A stretch of 64,000 nt of DNA from positions 99,037 to 163,036 of the forward strand of contig JBAZNQ010000001.1 in assembly GCA_041649135.1 (NCBI GenBank), given 5' to 3'. The notes beneath the pieces are model-generated. The model did not search any database and had not been told where the DNA came from. It was given only the letters and a program-made list of their open reading frames with translations. Position 1 is the stretch's first letter, and every line of letters begins with the position of its first letter. Shown piece after piece: positions 29,126 through 39,439 of the stretch. Source of the DNA: Patescibacteria group bacterium (GTDB lineage: Bacteria > Patescibacteriota > Kazan-3B-28). The translations under genes were made by a program, and so were the position numbers.

Positions 29126-31174
29126 ATGCCTGACGACAATAAAAAAACTAGCGGTTCCTACGGTGCAAAAGATATTCAGGTCCTAGAAGGGCTTGAGCCA
29201 GTTCGCAAACGCCCCGGTATGTATATCGGCTCCACCTCGGTGGAGGGTCTTCACCATATGATTTGGGAGGTGGTCGATAACTCTATTGATGAAGCCATGG
29301 CCGGTCACGGCACGATGGTGGAAGTTATTATTCACAAAGACGGCAAGGTAACCGTGATTGATGATGGTCGCGGCATCCCAACCGAGATACATCCTCAAAC
29401 CAAGAAGTCCACCCTTGAAACTGTTTTAACCACTCTTCATGCCGGTGGTAAGTTCGGCGGCGAAGGTTACAAAGTTTCCGGTGGTTTACATGGTGTGGGC
29501 GTGTCAGTTGTCAACGCCCTGTCTGATTTTATGCGGGTAGAAGTAACCCGTGATGGCAAAACTCATGCCCAAGAATATTCCAAAGGTATCGCCACCAGTT
29601 CAGCCAAAGTGATCAACAAAGATGTCAAAGGACATGGTACAAAAATAACTTTTCATGCCGACAAAACCATCTTTGATGACAACGAAGGGTACGAATGGAA
29701 AACCGTTCTCGAACATTTGAAACAGCAAGCTTATCTCACCAAAGGCGTTTTTGTAAAAATTCACGATGAACGTTCGGGCGAATCGCAGGAATTCAAATTT
29801 GAAGGCGGAGTGCAGTCATATGTCGAAGATTTAGATAAAAACAAGACTCCGCTCTTCACTCCACCATTTTATATCGACAAAGAACGCAACAATGTCCAAG
29901 TTGAATTGTCGATTCAATACACGGAAGATTTTAATGAAACGCTCAAAGCTTTTGCTAATAATATTTACAATCCCGAAGGCGGAACTCACGTAATTGGTTT
30001 TCGTACCGCGTTAACTCGCATTTTAAATGCTTACGCTAAAAAAACGGGGATTATCAAAGAAGCGAAAGATGCTTTATCGGGCGACGATGTTCGCGAAGGT
30101 CTGACCGCCGTTATTTCTGTCAAACTGGCGAATCCCCAATTTGAAGGTCAGACTAAAGCCAAGTTGGGTAATGCCAATGTTCGGACTGCCGTCGATGCGG
30201 TAATGTCCGATTATTTCAATAACTACCTTGAGGAGCATCCTTCAGAAGCTCGTCGGATTATCAGTAAGACCATGTTGGCTGCCAGAGCCCGCCTAGCGGC
30301 GCGTCAGGCGCGTGAAACGGTACTGCGCAAAGGTATCCTCGAAGGTATGACCCTGCCGGGGAAACTAGCCGACTGTTCCAACCGAGATCCATCCAAATCA
30401 GAGATCTTCATTGTCGAGGGTGAGTCTGCCGGTGGTTCCGCCAAAAGTGGACGTGATCGTCAGTTCCAAGCTATTTTGCCTTTACGTGGGAAAATTTTGA
30501 ACGTAGAAAAAGCTCGGCTGGATCGCATGTTATCTTCCGAGGAAATTAAAGTTTTGATCATTGCCCTTGGTGCCGGTATTGCTGAACAATTCAATGTTGA
30601 TAAAATTCGTTACCATCGCGTAATTATTATGACTGATGCCGATGTTGATGGTGCGCACATTAGAACTTTGCTTTTGACTTTCTTCTACCGCTACATGCGC
30701 GCCATTATCGACCGCGGCTATCTCTATATTGGCCAGCCGCCACTGTATCAGCTTAAGTCTGGCAAAGATGTGCGCTGGGTTTATTCTGACGAAGAGAAGG
30801 ATAAAGTAATGAAAGACATGCAGGAAGCCGCTGCCAAGAAGAAGGAAGGCAAGAAAGCTAAGATGGAAACCGATGACACCGCCATCGTCATTCCCGCGGA
30901 GGCGGGAATCCAGACCGAAACAGAAACCATCGCCGAAGATTTGTCATCTACTAAAGGTATTGCGATCCAACGTTACAAAGGTCTTGGAGAAATGAATCCA
31001 AGCCAACTTTGGGAAACCACTATGGATCCTGCTAATCGGATTATTCACCGTGTTACTGTTGATGATGCCGAAATCGCTGATGACATCTTTTCCACCCTCA
31101 TGGGAGACGACGTTGCCCCCCGCAAGAAATTCATCGAAGATAACGCCCAATTCGTCCAGAATCTGGACGTGTAA
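29126..31174 (+). CDS. gyrB: DNA gyrase subunit B, carrying an in-frame repeat-derived insertion
   Basis: GHKL ATPase motifs (EVVDNSIDEA, GLHGVGVSVVNALS), TOPRIM (EGESAGGSAK, IMTDADVDGAHI), C-terminal QRYKGLGEMN. Codons VIPAEAGIQ at 30886-30913 are encoded by gtcattcccgcggaggcgggaatccag. Confidence 0.9.
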   Translation: MPDDNKKTSGSYGAKDIQVLEGLEPVRKRPGMYIGSTSVEGLHHMIWEVVDNSIDEAMAGHGTMVEVIIHKDGKVTVIDDGRGIPTEIHPQTKKSTLETVLTTLHAGGKFGGEGYKVSGGLHGVGVSVVNALSDFMRVEVTRDGKTHAQEYSKGIATSSAKVINKDVKGHGTKITFHADKTIFDDNEGYEWKTVLEHLKQQAYLTKGVFVKIHDERSGESQEFKFEGGVQSYVEDLDKNKTPLFTPPFYIDKERNNVQVELSIQYTEDFNETLKAFANNIYNPEGGTHVIGFRTALTRILNAYAKKTGIIKEAKDALSGDDVREGLTAVISVKLANPQFEGQTKAKLGNANVRTAVDAVMSDYFNNYLEEHPSEARRIISKTMLAARARLAARQARETVLRKGILEGMTLPGKLADCSNRDPSKSEIFIVEGESAGGSAKSGRDRQFQAILPLRGKILNVEKARLDRMLSSEEIKVLIIALGAGIAEQFNVDKIRYHRVIIMTDADVDGAHIRTLLLTFFYRYMRAIIDRGYLYIGQPPLYQLKSGKDVRWVYSDEEKDKVMKDMQEAAAKKKEGKKAKMETDDTAIVIPAEAGIQTETETIAEDLSSTKGIAIQRYKGLGEMNPSQLWETTMDPANRIIHRVTVDDAEIADDIFSTLMGDDVAPRKKFIEDNAQFVQNLDV

Positions 31175-31217
31175 CGGGACGGGTGATGAGTTGTGGGTAA
31201 TGAGTTGCGAGCGTTGG

Positions 31218-31245
31218 TAACCGCCTGCGGCGGTTTTTTGTTTAC
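31218..31245 (+). terminator. Terminator after gyrB
   Basis: accgcctgcggcggt + tttttgtttacc. Confidence 0.6.
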
Positions 31246-31618
31246 CAATTAGGAAATGCGATCGCATGATATTTTAGTAAAGATAAGTATGCCGCTTCAG
31301 AAGACGGCCGTCTTCCTAATCGGCAAATTTATCGTACGATTCCTTGGCCGCGACCGCAGGCAGGCTGGATGCGGTCACCACGGCGACCTTACCAGAATGA
31401 CGAGCAGGCGGTAGATTCTGGAGCCTCCTATACTAAGCTGACCTGCTCCTTGCTCTGCCCTAGGTAAGAAAACAAGTTCGCTACTTCCCCTCCTACTTTC
31501 TCTAGTCTAGCCACTGAACGCTAGATGCTAGATGCTGACTTGTAGTACTATGTTAGGGTAGCGCTTGGGGGAGCGCGGAGGTTCTTGGAGGTTTTTTATG
31601 TTGGGTTAATGGGAGGTT

Positions 31619-32770
31619 ATGACTAGTTCACTTGCTTGGATTACAGTTGATCTGAAAGCTATTGATTTTAACATCAAACAATTTCGTCGCCTCATAAAAC
31701 CGGAAACAAAAATTATGGCAGTTGTTAAGTCCAATGCTTACGGGCACGGGCTTTTTGAAGTTGCGCGACAGGCGATTAAATCCGGGGCCGATTATCTTGG
31801 TGTAATTACCGATCAAGAAGCTATGATTCTACGCAAACATGGGATTATCCAACCGATTTTAGTGCTAGGCGTCGTACCCAAAGACAACATTGCTATGTTA
31901 ATTCGCAATAAGATTGCTTTAAGCGTTTATAACGAAGAATCTTATCGCACCATTGCCAGAATTGCCGATATTATTAATCGCAAAGCGATTGTTCACATCA
32001 AGATTGATACCGGTACTAATCGACTTGGTTTTACTAATCTTGATAACGCTCTGCGGATTATTAAATTGATTGTAGCTAAGCGTCGCCAATTTGATTTAGA
32101 GGGTTTATATTCGCATCTCGCTAGTGTGGAAGAATTAAACCAAAGCTACACCAATGATCAGATACTAATGTTTGAGCGGCTATTGGCACGGGTAGACAAA
32201 CTCGGTATTAAAATTCCGATTATTTCTTTAGCCGCTTCTGCCGCCGCTATTATGCTTCCGGAGAGTCGGTTTAATTGTGTTCGTATTGGTATCGCACTCT
32301 ATGGGCTATGGCCTTCCCGAGGAGTGGAGCTGTGGTGTAAACGGAGCAAAAAGACCCGCAATTTTCATCTGAAACCAGCTCTCACCTACAAAACTAAACT
32401 TGTCCACATCAAACGGGTACGGGCCGGCAGTTTTATCGGTTATGGTTGTAATTATCAAGCCAAATCTGCCATGACCATCGGCGTCATCCCAGTTGGCTAT
32501 TTTGAAGGTTTGCCCAGACATTTGAGCAATATGGGTTTTGCTCTGCTTAAGGGCGCAGTCGTGCCATTTGTCGGACGGGTATGTATGAACATGACGATTT
32601 TAGACATCAGTCGTCGTCCCCGTGCCAAAGTTGGTGATGAAGTTGTTTTGATCGGTCGGAGTCAGACTAAAGAAATTACCACTACTGATATTGCTGATTG
32701 GGCCAGCACTATTAATTATGAAATTGTCTCGCGCATGCCAGAACATATTGAAAGAGTATATAAAAATTAA
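31619..32770 (+). CDS. alr: Alanine racemase
   Basis: PLP-binding MAVVKSNAYGHG; TIM-barrel and C-terminal beta domain conserved. Confidence 0.85.
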   Translation: MTSSLAWITVDLKAIDFNIKQFRRLIKPETKIMAVVKSNAYGHGLFEVARQAIKSGADYLGVITDQEAMILRKHGIIQPILVLGVVPKDNIAMLIRNKIALSVYNEESYRTIARIADIINRKAIVHIKIDTGTNRLGFTNLDNALRIIKLIVAKRRQFDLEGLYSHLASVEELNQSYTNDQILMFERLLARVDKLGIKIPIISLAASAAAIMLPESRFNCVRIGIALYGLWPSRGVELWCKRSKKTRNFHLKPALTYKTKLVHIKRVRAGSFIGYGCNYQAKSAMTIGVIPVGYFEGLPRHLSNMGFALLKGAVVPFVGRVCMNMTILDISRRPRAKVGDEVVLIGRSQTKEITTTDIADWASTINYEIVSRMPEHIERVYKN

Positions 32771-32878
32771 TAGTTAACAGTTAATAGTGAACAGTTAAGG
32801 AAAAATTATTTAATAAATTGTCGCTTGCGACACCAAAACTATTCACCCTTCACTTTTAACTTTTCACTGACTTTCGCT

Positions 32879-34537
32879 ATGAATGATACTCACATCAAAT
32901 TTATCTTCGTTACTGGGGGAGTCCTGTCGGGATTGGGCAAAGGCATTGTTGCCGCTAGTATTGGCAATATTATGAAAGCCCGCGGCCACAAAATTTTTAT
33001 GCAAAAACTTGATCAGTACATCAATTATGATGCTGGTACTCTCAACCCCGGCGAGCATGGGGAAGTATTTGTCACCGATGATGGTGCGGAAACTGATTTG
33101 GATTTAGGCCATTACGAAAGATTTATTGATGAGAGTCTGACTCAAGACTCCTCGATCATGACTGGTCGGATTTATAGCGATGTGATCAACCGTGAACGCC
33201 GCGGGGATTATTTGGGCAAAACCGTGCAGGTAATCCCACATCTGACCAACGTCGTCAAAGAATTTATTATTAATGGCGCCCAGAAAGTTGGCGCCGATAT
33301 CGCCATTGTCGAAGTTGGTGGCACGGTGGGAGACCACGAAGGATTTCATTTCTTGGAAGCCATCCGCGAAATACGTTATGACTTAGGTGAAGACAATGTC
33401 ATGTACTGTCATACCGTCTTTTTACCGTATCTTGGGGTTACCAAAGAAGTAAAAACTCGTCCAGCACAATTCAGCATCCGCGAGTTGCAGGGGATTGGCA
33501 TTACTCCAGATGCGATTTTCTGTCGTTCCGACCAACCTATTCCCCAAAGTGGACTGACCAAGATCGCTCGCGCCGCCAACTTACCCGTTACCAATATCGT
33601 CCCCCTTCAGACCGCTAGCACTGTCTATGAAGTACCATTAACTTTGGAAAATTTTGGTATTGGCAAAGTTGTTGAAAACCGTCTGAAATTAGATCCAGTC
33701 GAGCCAAATCTAACTGAATGGCGCGAGCTAGTTGGAAAAATCAAGTCTGATAAAAGAAAAATTAACATCGGTATTGTCGCCAAATATACCACGATGGAAG
33801 ATACCTACATTTGTGTCTTCGAATCTCTCCGTGCCGCCGGTTGGTATCACAATGTTGATGTCAACATAAAATGGATTGATGCCGAAGAGCTTGGTAGTCC
33901 AACTGCCAATGTCGTGGAATTAATGGCTGGTTGTGACGGCTACGTTGTGCCGGGGGGTTTCGGCATTCGTGGAATTGAGGGTAAGATCAAAGCTGCTCAA
34001 TATGCTCGCGAAAATCAAATACCATATTTGGGTTTGTGTTTGGGTATGCAAATCGCCGCGATCGAGTTTGCTCGCAATGTTTTGGGATTGTCTGATGCTA
34101 ATAGCACCGAATTTAATGAAGCCACCCAACATCCAGTCATTCACATTATGGAATATCAAAAAACTATCGTGAACAAAGGTGGCACAATGCGGTTGGGTGC
34201 CTATCCCGCCGTTCTTCAACCCTCTTCTCGCGCCTACAACGCCTATCGTCAGAGTGAAATCTCGGAACGTCATCGCCATCGGTATGAATTTAACAATGCT
34301 TACCGCCAAGCTTTCGAACAGGCCGGCATGATTCTCTCCGGCATTTCACCTAGTAACGAATTAGTTGAAATCATTGAGTTAAGAGACCATCCATGGTTTG
34401 TCGCTTCGCAATTTCATCCCGAATTCAAATCCCGTCCCAACCGACCTCATCCACTTTTCCGCGACTTCATCGGTGCCACTCTCAAGATCACTTCACTATT
34501 GGATGGGATTAGCGAACCACGCGAAGCCCTCATCTAG
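32879..34537 (+). CDS. pyrG: CTP synthase
   Basis: MNDTHIKFIFVTGGVLSGLGKG N-terminus, glutamine amidotransferase GLCLGMQ with HPEF; start taken at the ATG at 32879 rather than the ORF start 32825. Confidence 0.9.
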   Translation: MNDTHIKFIFVTGGVLSGLGKGIVAASIGNIMKARGHKIFMQKLDQYINYDAGTLNPGEHGEVFVTDDGAETDLDLGHYERFIDESLTQDSSIMTGRIYSDVINRERRGDYLGKTVQVIPHLTNVVKEFIINGAQKVGADIAIVEVGGTVGDHEGFHFLEAIREIRYDLGEDNVMYCHTVFLPYLGVTKEVKTRPAQFSIRELQGIGITPDAIFCRSDQPIPQSGLTKIARAANLPVTNIVPLQTASTVYEVPLTLENFGIGKVVENRLKLDPVEPNLTEWRELVGKIKSDKRKINIGIVAKYTTMEDTYICVFESLRAAGWYHNVDVNIKWIDAEELGSPTANVVELMAGCDGYVVPGGFGIRGIEGKIKAAQYARENQIPYLGLCLGMQIAAIEFARNVLGLSDANSTEFNEATQHPVIHIMEYQKTIVNKGGTMRLGAYPAVLQPSSRAYNAYRQSEISERHRHRYEFNNAYRQAFEQAGMILSGISPSNELVEIIELRDHPWFVASQFHPEFKSRPNRPHPLFRDFIGATLKITSLLDGISEPREALI

Positions 34538-34545
34538 TAGAACAC

Positions 34546-34572
34546 AAAAAACCGCCACAGGCGGCTACCAAA
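34546..34572 (-). terminator. Terminator for rpmA (T-run on minus strand), possibly bidirectional
   Basis: Minus-strand reading ggtagccgcctgtggcggttttttgtg. Confidence 0.55.
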
Positions 34573-34607
34573 ATTATTCACTATTCACTTTTAACTATTG
34601 ACCCGTC

Positions 34608-34889
34608 TTACCTTGTCGGCACCACATTAATGTAGGTCGCTGTGGAATGACCAGTACCATTTTGGCGGACTCGCTTCACTTCAAAATTGACCTTCCCCAC
34701 CGCTTTCGCAAAAATCGTGTGATCCTTACCCATCAACGTATTCTCACCAGACCGGTATTTTTGACCCCGCTGACGCACAATAATATCTCCCGCTTTCGCG
34801 TACTGATTTCCATAGATTTTGACCCCGAGCATTTTTGGCTTGGAGTCTTTCAGGTTTTTACTTGTCCCCGCAGCTTTTACATGAGCCAT
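34608..34889 (-). CDS. rpmA: 50S ribosomal protein L27
   Basis: [45 protein letters not shown]...GKDHTIFA, a typical L27. Confidence 0.9.
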   Translation of the reverse strand: MAHVKAAGTSKNLKDSKPKMLGVKIYGNQYAKAGDIIVRQRGQKYRSGENTLMGKDHTIFAKAVGKVNFEVKRVRQNGTGHSTATYINVVPTR

Positions 34890-35084
34890 AAGAAGAAAAT
34901 TAGTTTCTAGTATCTAGGATTTAGTATCTAGAAAGATGGGGACGCACCTCACCTAGTCGCTAGATGCTAGCCCCTAGATACTGATAGTACTCCGCCAGAT
35001 TACCGTATCTGGTGAAATAGGTCAAGGGGTAATAAAAAAGCTTCCCGCAAGGAAAGCTTTTGAGGAGATCTTACGCCGAGAACC

Positions 35085-35447
35085 CTACACTTTCGAACCG
35101 CTGGACGCGAGCTTATCCCGATAGATCTTGCCTACCAAGATAAACAATACCCATGCAGTTACCGGTGGAACCAGTATGGAAATAGCCGGCGGACACTCGA
35201 CAGATACAGGCCAACTTATCCGTGTTACGAATAGGTCGGCTGTAATTTGGCAACATCCCATTCGTTCAAATATCCAAATCAGCCACCAAAAAGCGATTAG
35301 GAATGAACCTAAACCGAACAGGGCTATTGCCGTCCACCACAATCCTCGCTTGAGCATCTCTGCCTCCAAAGAACAAGCATAGATACAAAGTAGCCAGTAA
35401 CAGGGCTCCCAGTCAAGTAGACAAGAAAAAAGCCCCTTGCGGGGCAA
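35085..35447 (-). CDS. Hypothetical small membrane protein
   Basis: 120-aa ORF with 3 hydrophobic segments; weak support. Confidence 0.25.
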   Translation of the reverse strand: MPRKGLFSCLLDWEPCYWLLCIYACSLEAEMLKRGLWWTAIALFGLGSFLIAFWWLIWIFERMGCCQITADLFVTRISWPVSVECPPAISILVPPVTAWVLFILVGKIYRDKLASSGSKV

Positions 35448-35783
35448 TGGGATGGGAGTCGGCTAGCTAAGTCTTGCTCATGTCTTCTTTGTAAGCCACG
35501 CGAGCCGAATTAACTAGTCAAATCATCCCAATAAAGGCAAATACCCAGTCCGAGTTGTTGACCATGACAAGGCAAATTGTCATGACACCGCATAGACAAG
35601 AAGCAATAAGATACACCCACCACATATTTCTACCCTCCTCGAGGTGGATTAAAGTCGATTTTACTATCCGACCAAACCCGCCCCCAGTCAAGCCTTTGAG
35701 CAAGAAAAAGCCCCGAGTAAACTCGGGGCGATGGTGTGCGAAGTTTTGACTCAATCGGCAGTTTTTGCCGATTGTTGCGGTTG

Positions 35784-36434
35784 TTAGTCTGCTGACTTCG
35801 TTGCCGTTATCTCTGGGAACCGAGACGGATCCCGAACAATCAACGACGATAGACACAGACGAGAAATAAGACGCTTTGCAGTATCAGCATTTACCGCTCC
35901 ATCGTGGAAGTCGTAAGTAGCCACCTCCCCTTGTTGTTGAAAACCGTAGATACATGCCCAGCCCTTACCGCTTGAATGGTGCTCGTAGGCATCATATCCC
36001 ATAAAAATGAGATATTTGGCCCCGAACTGTTCGGCAAAAGTTTCTAGCACAGCAAGTTTCTCGCCCTTGGTCCATCCTCCATCCTTCAATAATGTACGGA
36101 TATCAGTCTGACTAATGCGGTACGCATTCAAACCGAGCAGGGCGAACTGCAAGCAAAGCTGGCATTCTGCTTCGGCGAACTGCGTCTCATCTCCGTACAC
36201 ACAGTCAGTCACACACACAGGGATGGGGTTGCCCTTGGTGTGTTTGAGCAGGGCTTTTAACCGAATCTCGAATTGACAGTCCGCTCGGCCATTGGTGTAC
36301 GCATGGTGATGTGCGTTCTTCAGATTATCCTCATAGTTCTTCTCTGATTTTCCCCATGCGGCTCGATGCTTCCGGACTAGTGTCCAGATGATTCCGACAG
36401 CTACGACAATGACTGCCAATAGCCCTATCAACAT
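35784..36434 (-). CDS. Hypothetical membrane-anchored protein
   Basis: N-terminal TM (LIGLLAVIVVAVGIIWTLV), 216 aa, several Cys pairs. Confidence 0.4.
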   Translation of the reverse strand: MLIGLLAVIVVAVGIIWTLVRKHRAAWGKSEKNYEDNLKNAHHHAYTNGRADCQFEIRLKALLKHTKGNPIPVCVTDCVYGDETQFAEAECQLCLQFALLGLNAYRISQTDIRTLLKDGGWTKGEKLAVLETFAEQFGAKYLIFMGYDAYEHHSSGKGWACIYGFQQQGEVATYDFHDGAVNADTAKRLISRLCLSSLIVRDPSRFPEITATKSAD

Positions 36435-36848
36435 GTCAAGCTCCTTTTGTAAGCCTCTCTCTCGAGTAGGCAGGATTTACAATGTGGTCCCGTAGGCCAC
36501 GCCCGCATCCTAGCCCAAAACCTAGCTCCCAGTCAAGATTCTGCCCCGCTCTCCGCCATTAGAGCTTGAACATCCTTATCCACCCCGGCCCTTCAACGGA
36601 GGGTCGTCTTGAAATGAGCTAAATCTCTAGTGGGTGAAGCTGTTGTTTGATCCCGCCAGCTCGCCAAAGGCGAGCTGGGAACCGGTTGCTAAATGCAACC
36701 GGCGGGAGAGTTCAGCGAGAACGCCCAGAGATTTAGCCAATGAATAGACCCATAGTTGCGGGCCACGGCTTTGCCTACTTTCGCCAAGACGAAAGTAGGG
36801 CTGGATCAAACGCCAGCTTGCGTTTGGTCTCTGCTCGATGGCAATCGG

Positions 36849-38135
36849 CTATTTTCTTTCCAATACAAAAATCTCCCTCGACACAAACGCGTCAGGACGG
36901 GAATAGATTAGCCCGCCGCGATGAGTCGCCAAGGCCTCCCTCTTTGATACTTCTGGCGGCAAAAACTGCTTTGGGGTAAATCCGAGCTCTTTTACTTGGT
37001 CAAGAATATTCATGTACAGCAACCCTTCGTTAGTTTTCAGCACTGGCAATACCATTCCGACTTTATCAATTTTGCCATAATTTTTGTGTAAATTCTCAAA
37101 GAAACCCAAATACAATTTCTCTAATTCTTTTGCCAATTCTTTTCCATGATGTAACAGGATCGTCCCTCGTTGCGGCGGGCCAAGATACGGTTCGGTTACG
37201 ATACAAACATCACTCTGGTTCGCTTTAATCCAACGCGAACGAGTGGCATCTGCCAGTCGAATTCGCCCCGTCAGTTTAGATGGTTTAATTTTTTCATGAC
37301 CCAACTTTGGTGCGGCGGCATTGTGAGTTTTAATTAACCATGTCAGATTTTCTTGGGTCGATTTTACCGCGTCTTCATCAATGTCAGATGCCAATACATC
37401 CAATCCCAGCAATAACGATTCTTGTGGAATAATCCCGCTACCGCAAAACGGATCAAAAATCTGTTTGTGGTCAGCATCCCGCGTAATATTCACCATGATT
37501 TGAGCCAGTTTTGGTGGTAGCATTCCCGATTTCGGGTTAGGTGATGGTTTTTCCATATCCCGATGAGCGTAGCTTCGAAAATCCTGTACTGTTCGGGTCC
37601 GTCCGATTTTAAAGTTTTTATCCTGCTTAATGATCACAATCTCTGCGCCAGTTTCTACCAGCTTGTTATTGGCCACCATCACCGAAGACAACTCAAAGTT
37701 TTTCTCATCTACATATCGGATGCTGTAATTCGACTTGAATCGGCGCTTGATTTGATACGCAAAATTGCGTAGCCAGTTGATTTCCGAATACACCAGATGA
37801 GCGGTCGAATAAACGGAAAACCCAAAATTAATTTTGCTGGTCGATTGCGCAAAATATTTTTCCACCAAACTCTCCGGCGTCAAGGCTCGGCTGACTTGAA
37901 AAATCGTCCCGTCAAATTCATCCACAATCTCAATAATCTTAATTGTCCCGCCCAAGGTTTGTTGGAGCTTCTGCAATTTTGCGTCAGTTAGTTTCATCGG
38001 CAAAATCAAAATATCCTCGCCAATCCGGAGGTAACCGCCATGCGGAATTCGCTCCACGTCCAAAACGTTGAGGATTTCGAGGAAGCTCATCAGCGGATGA
38101 GACCCCAGCAAAAATGCGTATTTAGTCATTTCCAT
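36849..38135 (-). CDS. THUMP-type RNA (guanine-N2) methyltransferase (Trm11/Trm14/RlmL family)
   Basis: SAM motif I DPFCGSGII, motif IV-like TEPYLGPP, PPKLAQIMVN region. The ORF extends to 38183; the start at MEMTKY (38135) is preferred but uncertain. Confidence 0.6.
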   Translation of the reverse strand: MEMTKYAFLLGSHPLMSFLEILNVLDVERIPHGGYLRIGEDILILPMKLTDAKLQKLQQTLGGTIKIIEIVDEFDGTIFQVSRALTPESLVEKYFAQSTSKINFGFSVYSTAHLVYSEINWLRNFAYQIKRRFKSNYSIRYVDEKNFELSSVMVANNKLVETGAEIVIIKQDKNFKIGRTRTVQDFRSYAHRDMEKPSPNPKSGMLPPKLAQIMVNITRDADHKQIFDPFCGSGIIPQESLLLGLDVLASDIDEDAVKSTQENLTWLIKTHNAAAPKLGHEKIKPSKLTGRIRLADATRSRWIKANQSDVCIVTEPYLGPPQRGTILLHHGKELAKELEKLYLGFFENLHKNYGKIDKVGMVLPVLKTNEGLLYMNILDQVKELGFTPKQFLPPEVSKREALATHRGGLIYSRPDAFVSREIFVLERK

Positions 38136-38209
38136 AATGGGAAAAGTCAGTCGTAGTATAGCTTTTTTTAAGGTTAACCGCAATCCGTAAAATCAGATAG
38201 AATAAGGAG

Positions 38210-39430
38210 GTGGTGAAAACGATCCAACAACTGATCGAGGCAGAAGCCAAGCGTCAGCAGGAGACCCTGTCTCTGATCGCTTCAGAGAATATTGCCAGCC
38301 GAGCCGTTCGGGAAGCGGTCGGCTCGGTTTTGATGAATAAATACTCCGAAGGCTACCCAAATAAACGTTACTATGGCGGCAATGAGATAGCTGACGAGGT
38401 GGAGGAGCGGGCGATTGAACTAGCCAAAAAACTCTTCCACGCCGAGCATGCTAATGTTCAGCCCTATTCTGGCAGCCCCGCTAATATTGCCACTTACACC
38501 GCACTCGCCAATTTTGGCGACACCATCATGGGCATGAGCCTAGCCCACGGTGGTCATCTCACTCATGGCCATAAAGTCAGTATTAGTGGCAAAGCGTATA
38601 AATTTATCCAATATGGAGTGGATCAAGCTACCGGCTTGCTTAATTACGACGAAATCGAAACGATGGCGAAGATTTTTAAGCCAAAAATTATTGTCTGTGG
38701 CGCGACGGCTTACCCTCGTGAAATTGATTTTGCTCGATTTGCTAAAATCGCCAAACAAGTCGGTGCGTATTTATTGGCCGACATTTCCCATATTGCCGGA
38801 TTAATTGCCGGTGGTGTTCATCCACAGCCTTTCCCACACGCCGATGTCGTAATGACTACGACTCACAAAACTTTGCGCGGCCCCAGAGGTGCTATTATTA
38901 TGTGCAAAAAACCACTTGCCAGTTTAATTGACAAAGCGATTTTCCCCGGCCTTCAGGGTGGTCCGCATGATAATATTACTGCCGCCAAAGCAATCTGTCT
39001 GGAAGAGGCCAGCAAGCCAGAATTCAAAAAGTATGCTCGTCAAATCATCGACAACGCTCACGCTCTTGCCTCTAACTTAACTCAATTCGGCTTCAAGTTA
39101 GTTAGTGGCGGTACTGATACTCATTTAATGTTGGTCGATTTGAACAATAAAAAAATTACCGGCATGGAAGCCGAACAAGCACTAGAGCAAGTGGGGATTA
39201 TCGTTAACAAAAATATGATTCCTGGCGATCTGCGTTCTCCCTTTGACCCTTCTGGCATTAGACTTGGTGTCGCCAACATTACTACTCGTGGTATGACCGA
39301 ACCGGACATGGCGGAGCTGGCATCTATTATCAATGACACTCTTGCCAATCCAACCAGTAAAAGCGTATTATCACAAGCGAAAAAGCGAGTAGTCGAACTG
39401 ACCATAAAATTCCCGATTCCATCGTCATAA
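38210..39430 (+). CDS. glyA: Serine hydroxymethyltransferase
   Basis: PLP-lysine motif TTTHKTLRGPRG, GGPH; SD aaggagg immediately upstream (GTG start at 38210 or 38213). Confidence 0.9.
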   Translation: MVKTIQQLIEAEAKRQQETLSLIASENIASRAVREAVGSVLMNKYSEGYPNKRYYGGNEIADEVEERAIELAKKLFHAEHANVQPYSGSPANIATYTALANFGDTIMGMSLAHGGHLTHGHKVSISGKAYKFIQYGVDQATGLLNYDEIETMAKIFKPKIIVCGATAYPREIDFARFAKIAKQVGAYLLADISHIAGLIAGGVHPQPFPHADVVMTTTHKTLRGPRGAIIMCKKPLASLIDKAIFPGLQGGPHDNITAAKAICLEEASKPEFKKYARQIIDNAHALASNLTQFGFKLVSGGTDTHLMLVDLNNKKITGMEAEQALEQVGIIVNKNMIPGDLRSPFDPSGIRLGVANITTRGMTEPDMAELASIINDTLANPTSKSVLSQAKKRVVELTIKFPIPSS

Positions 39431-39439
39431 GCCTCCCTG

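Noticed and set aside
35518-35856. 112-aa minus-strand ORF overlapping the 3' end of the 35784-36434 gene
   Set aside because: Overlaps a better-supported ORF on the same strand in a different frame and spans a hairpin-rich intergenic region.
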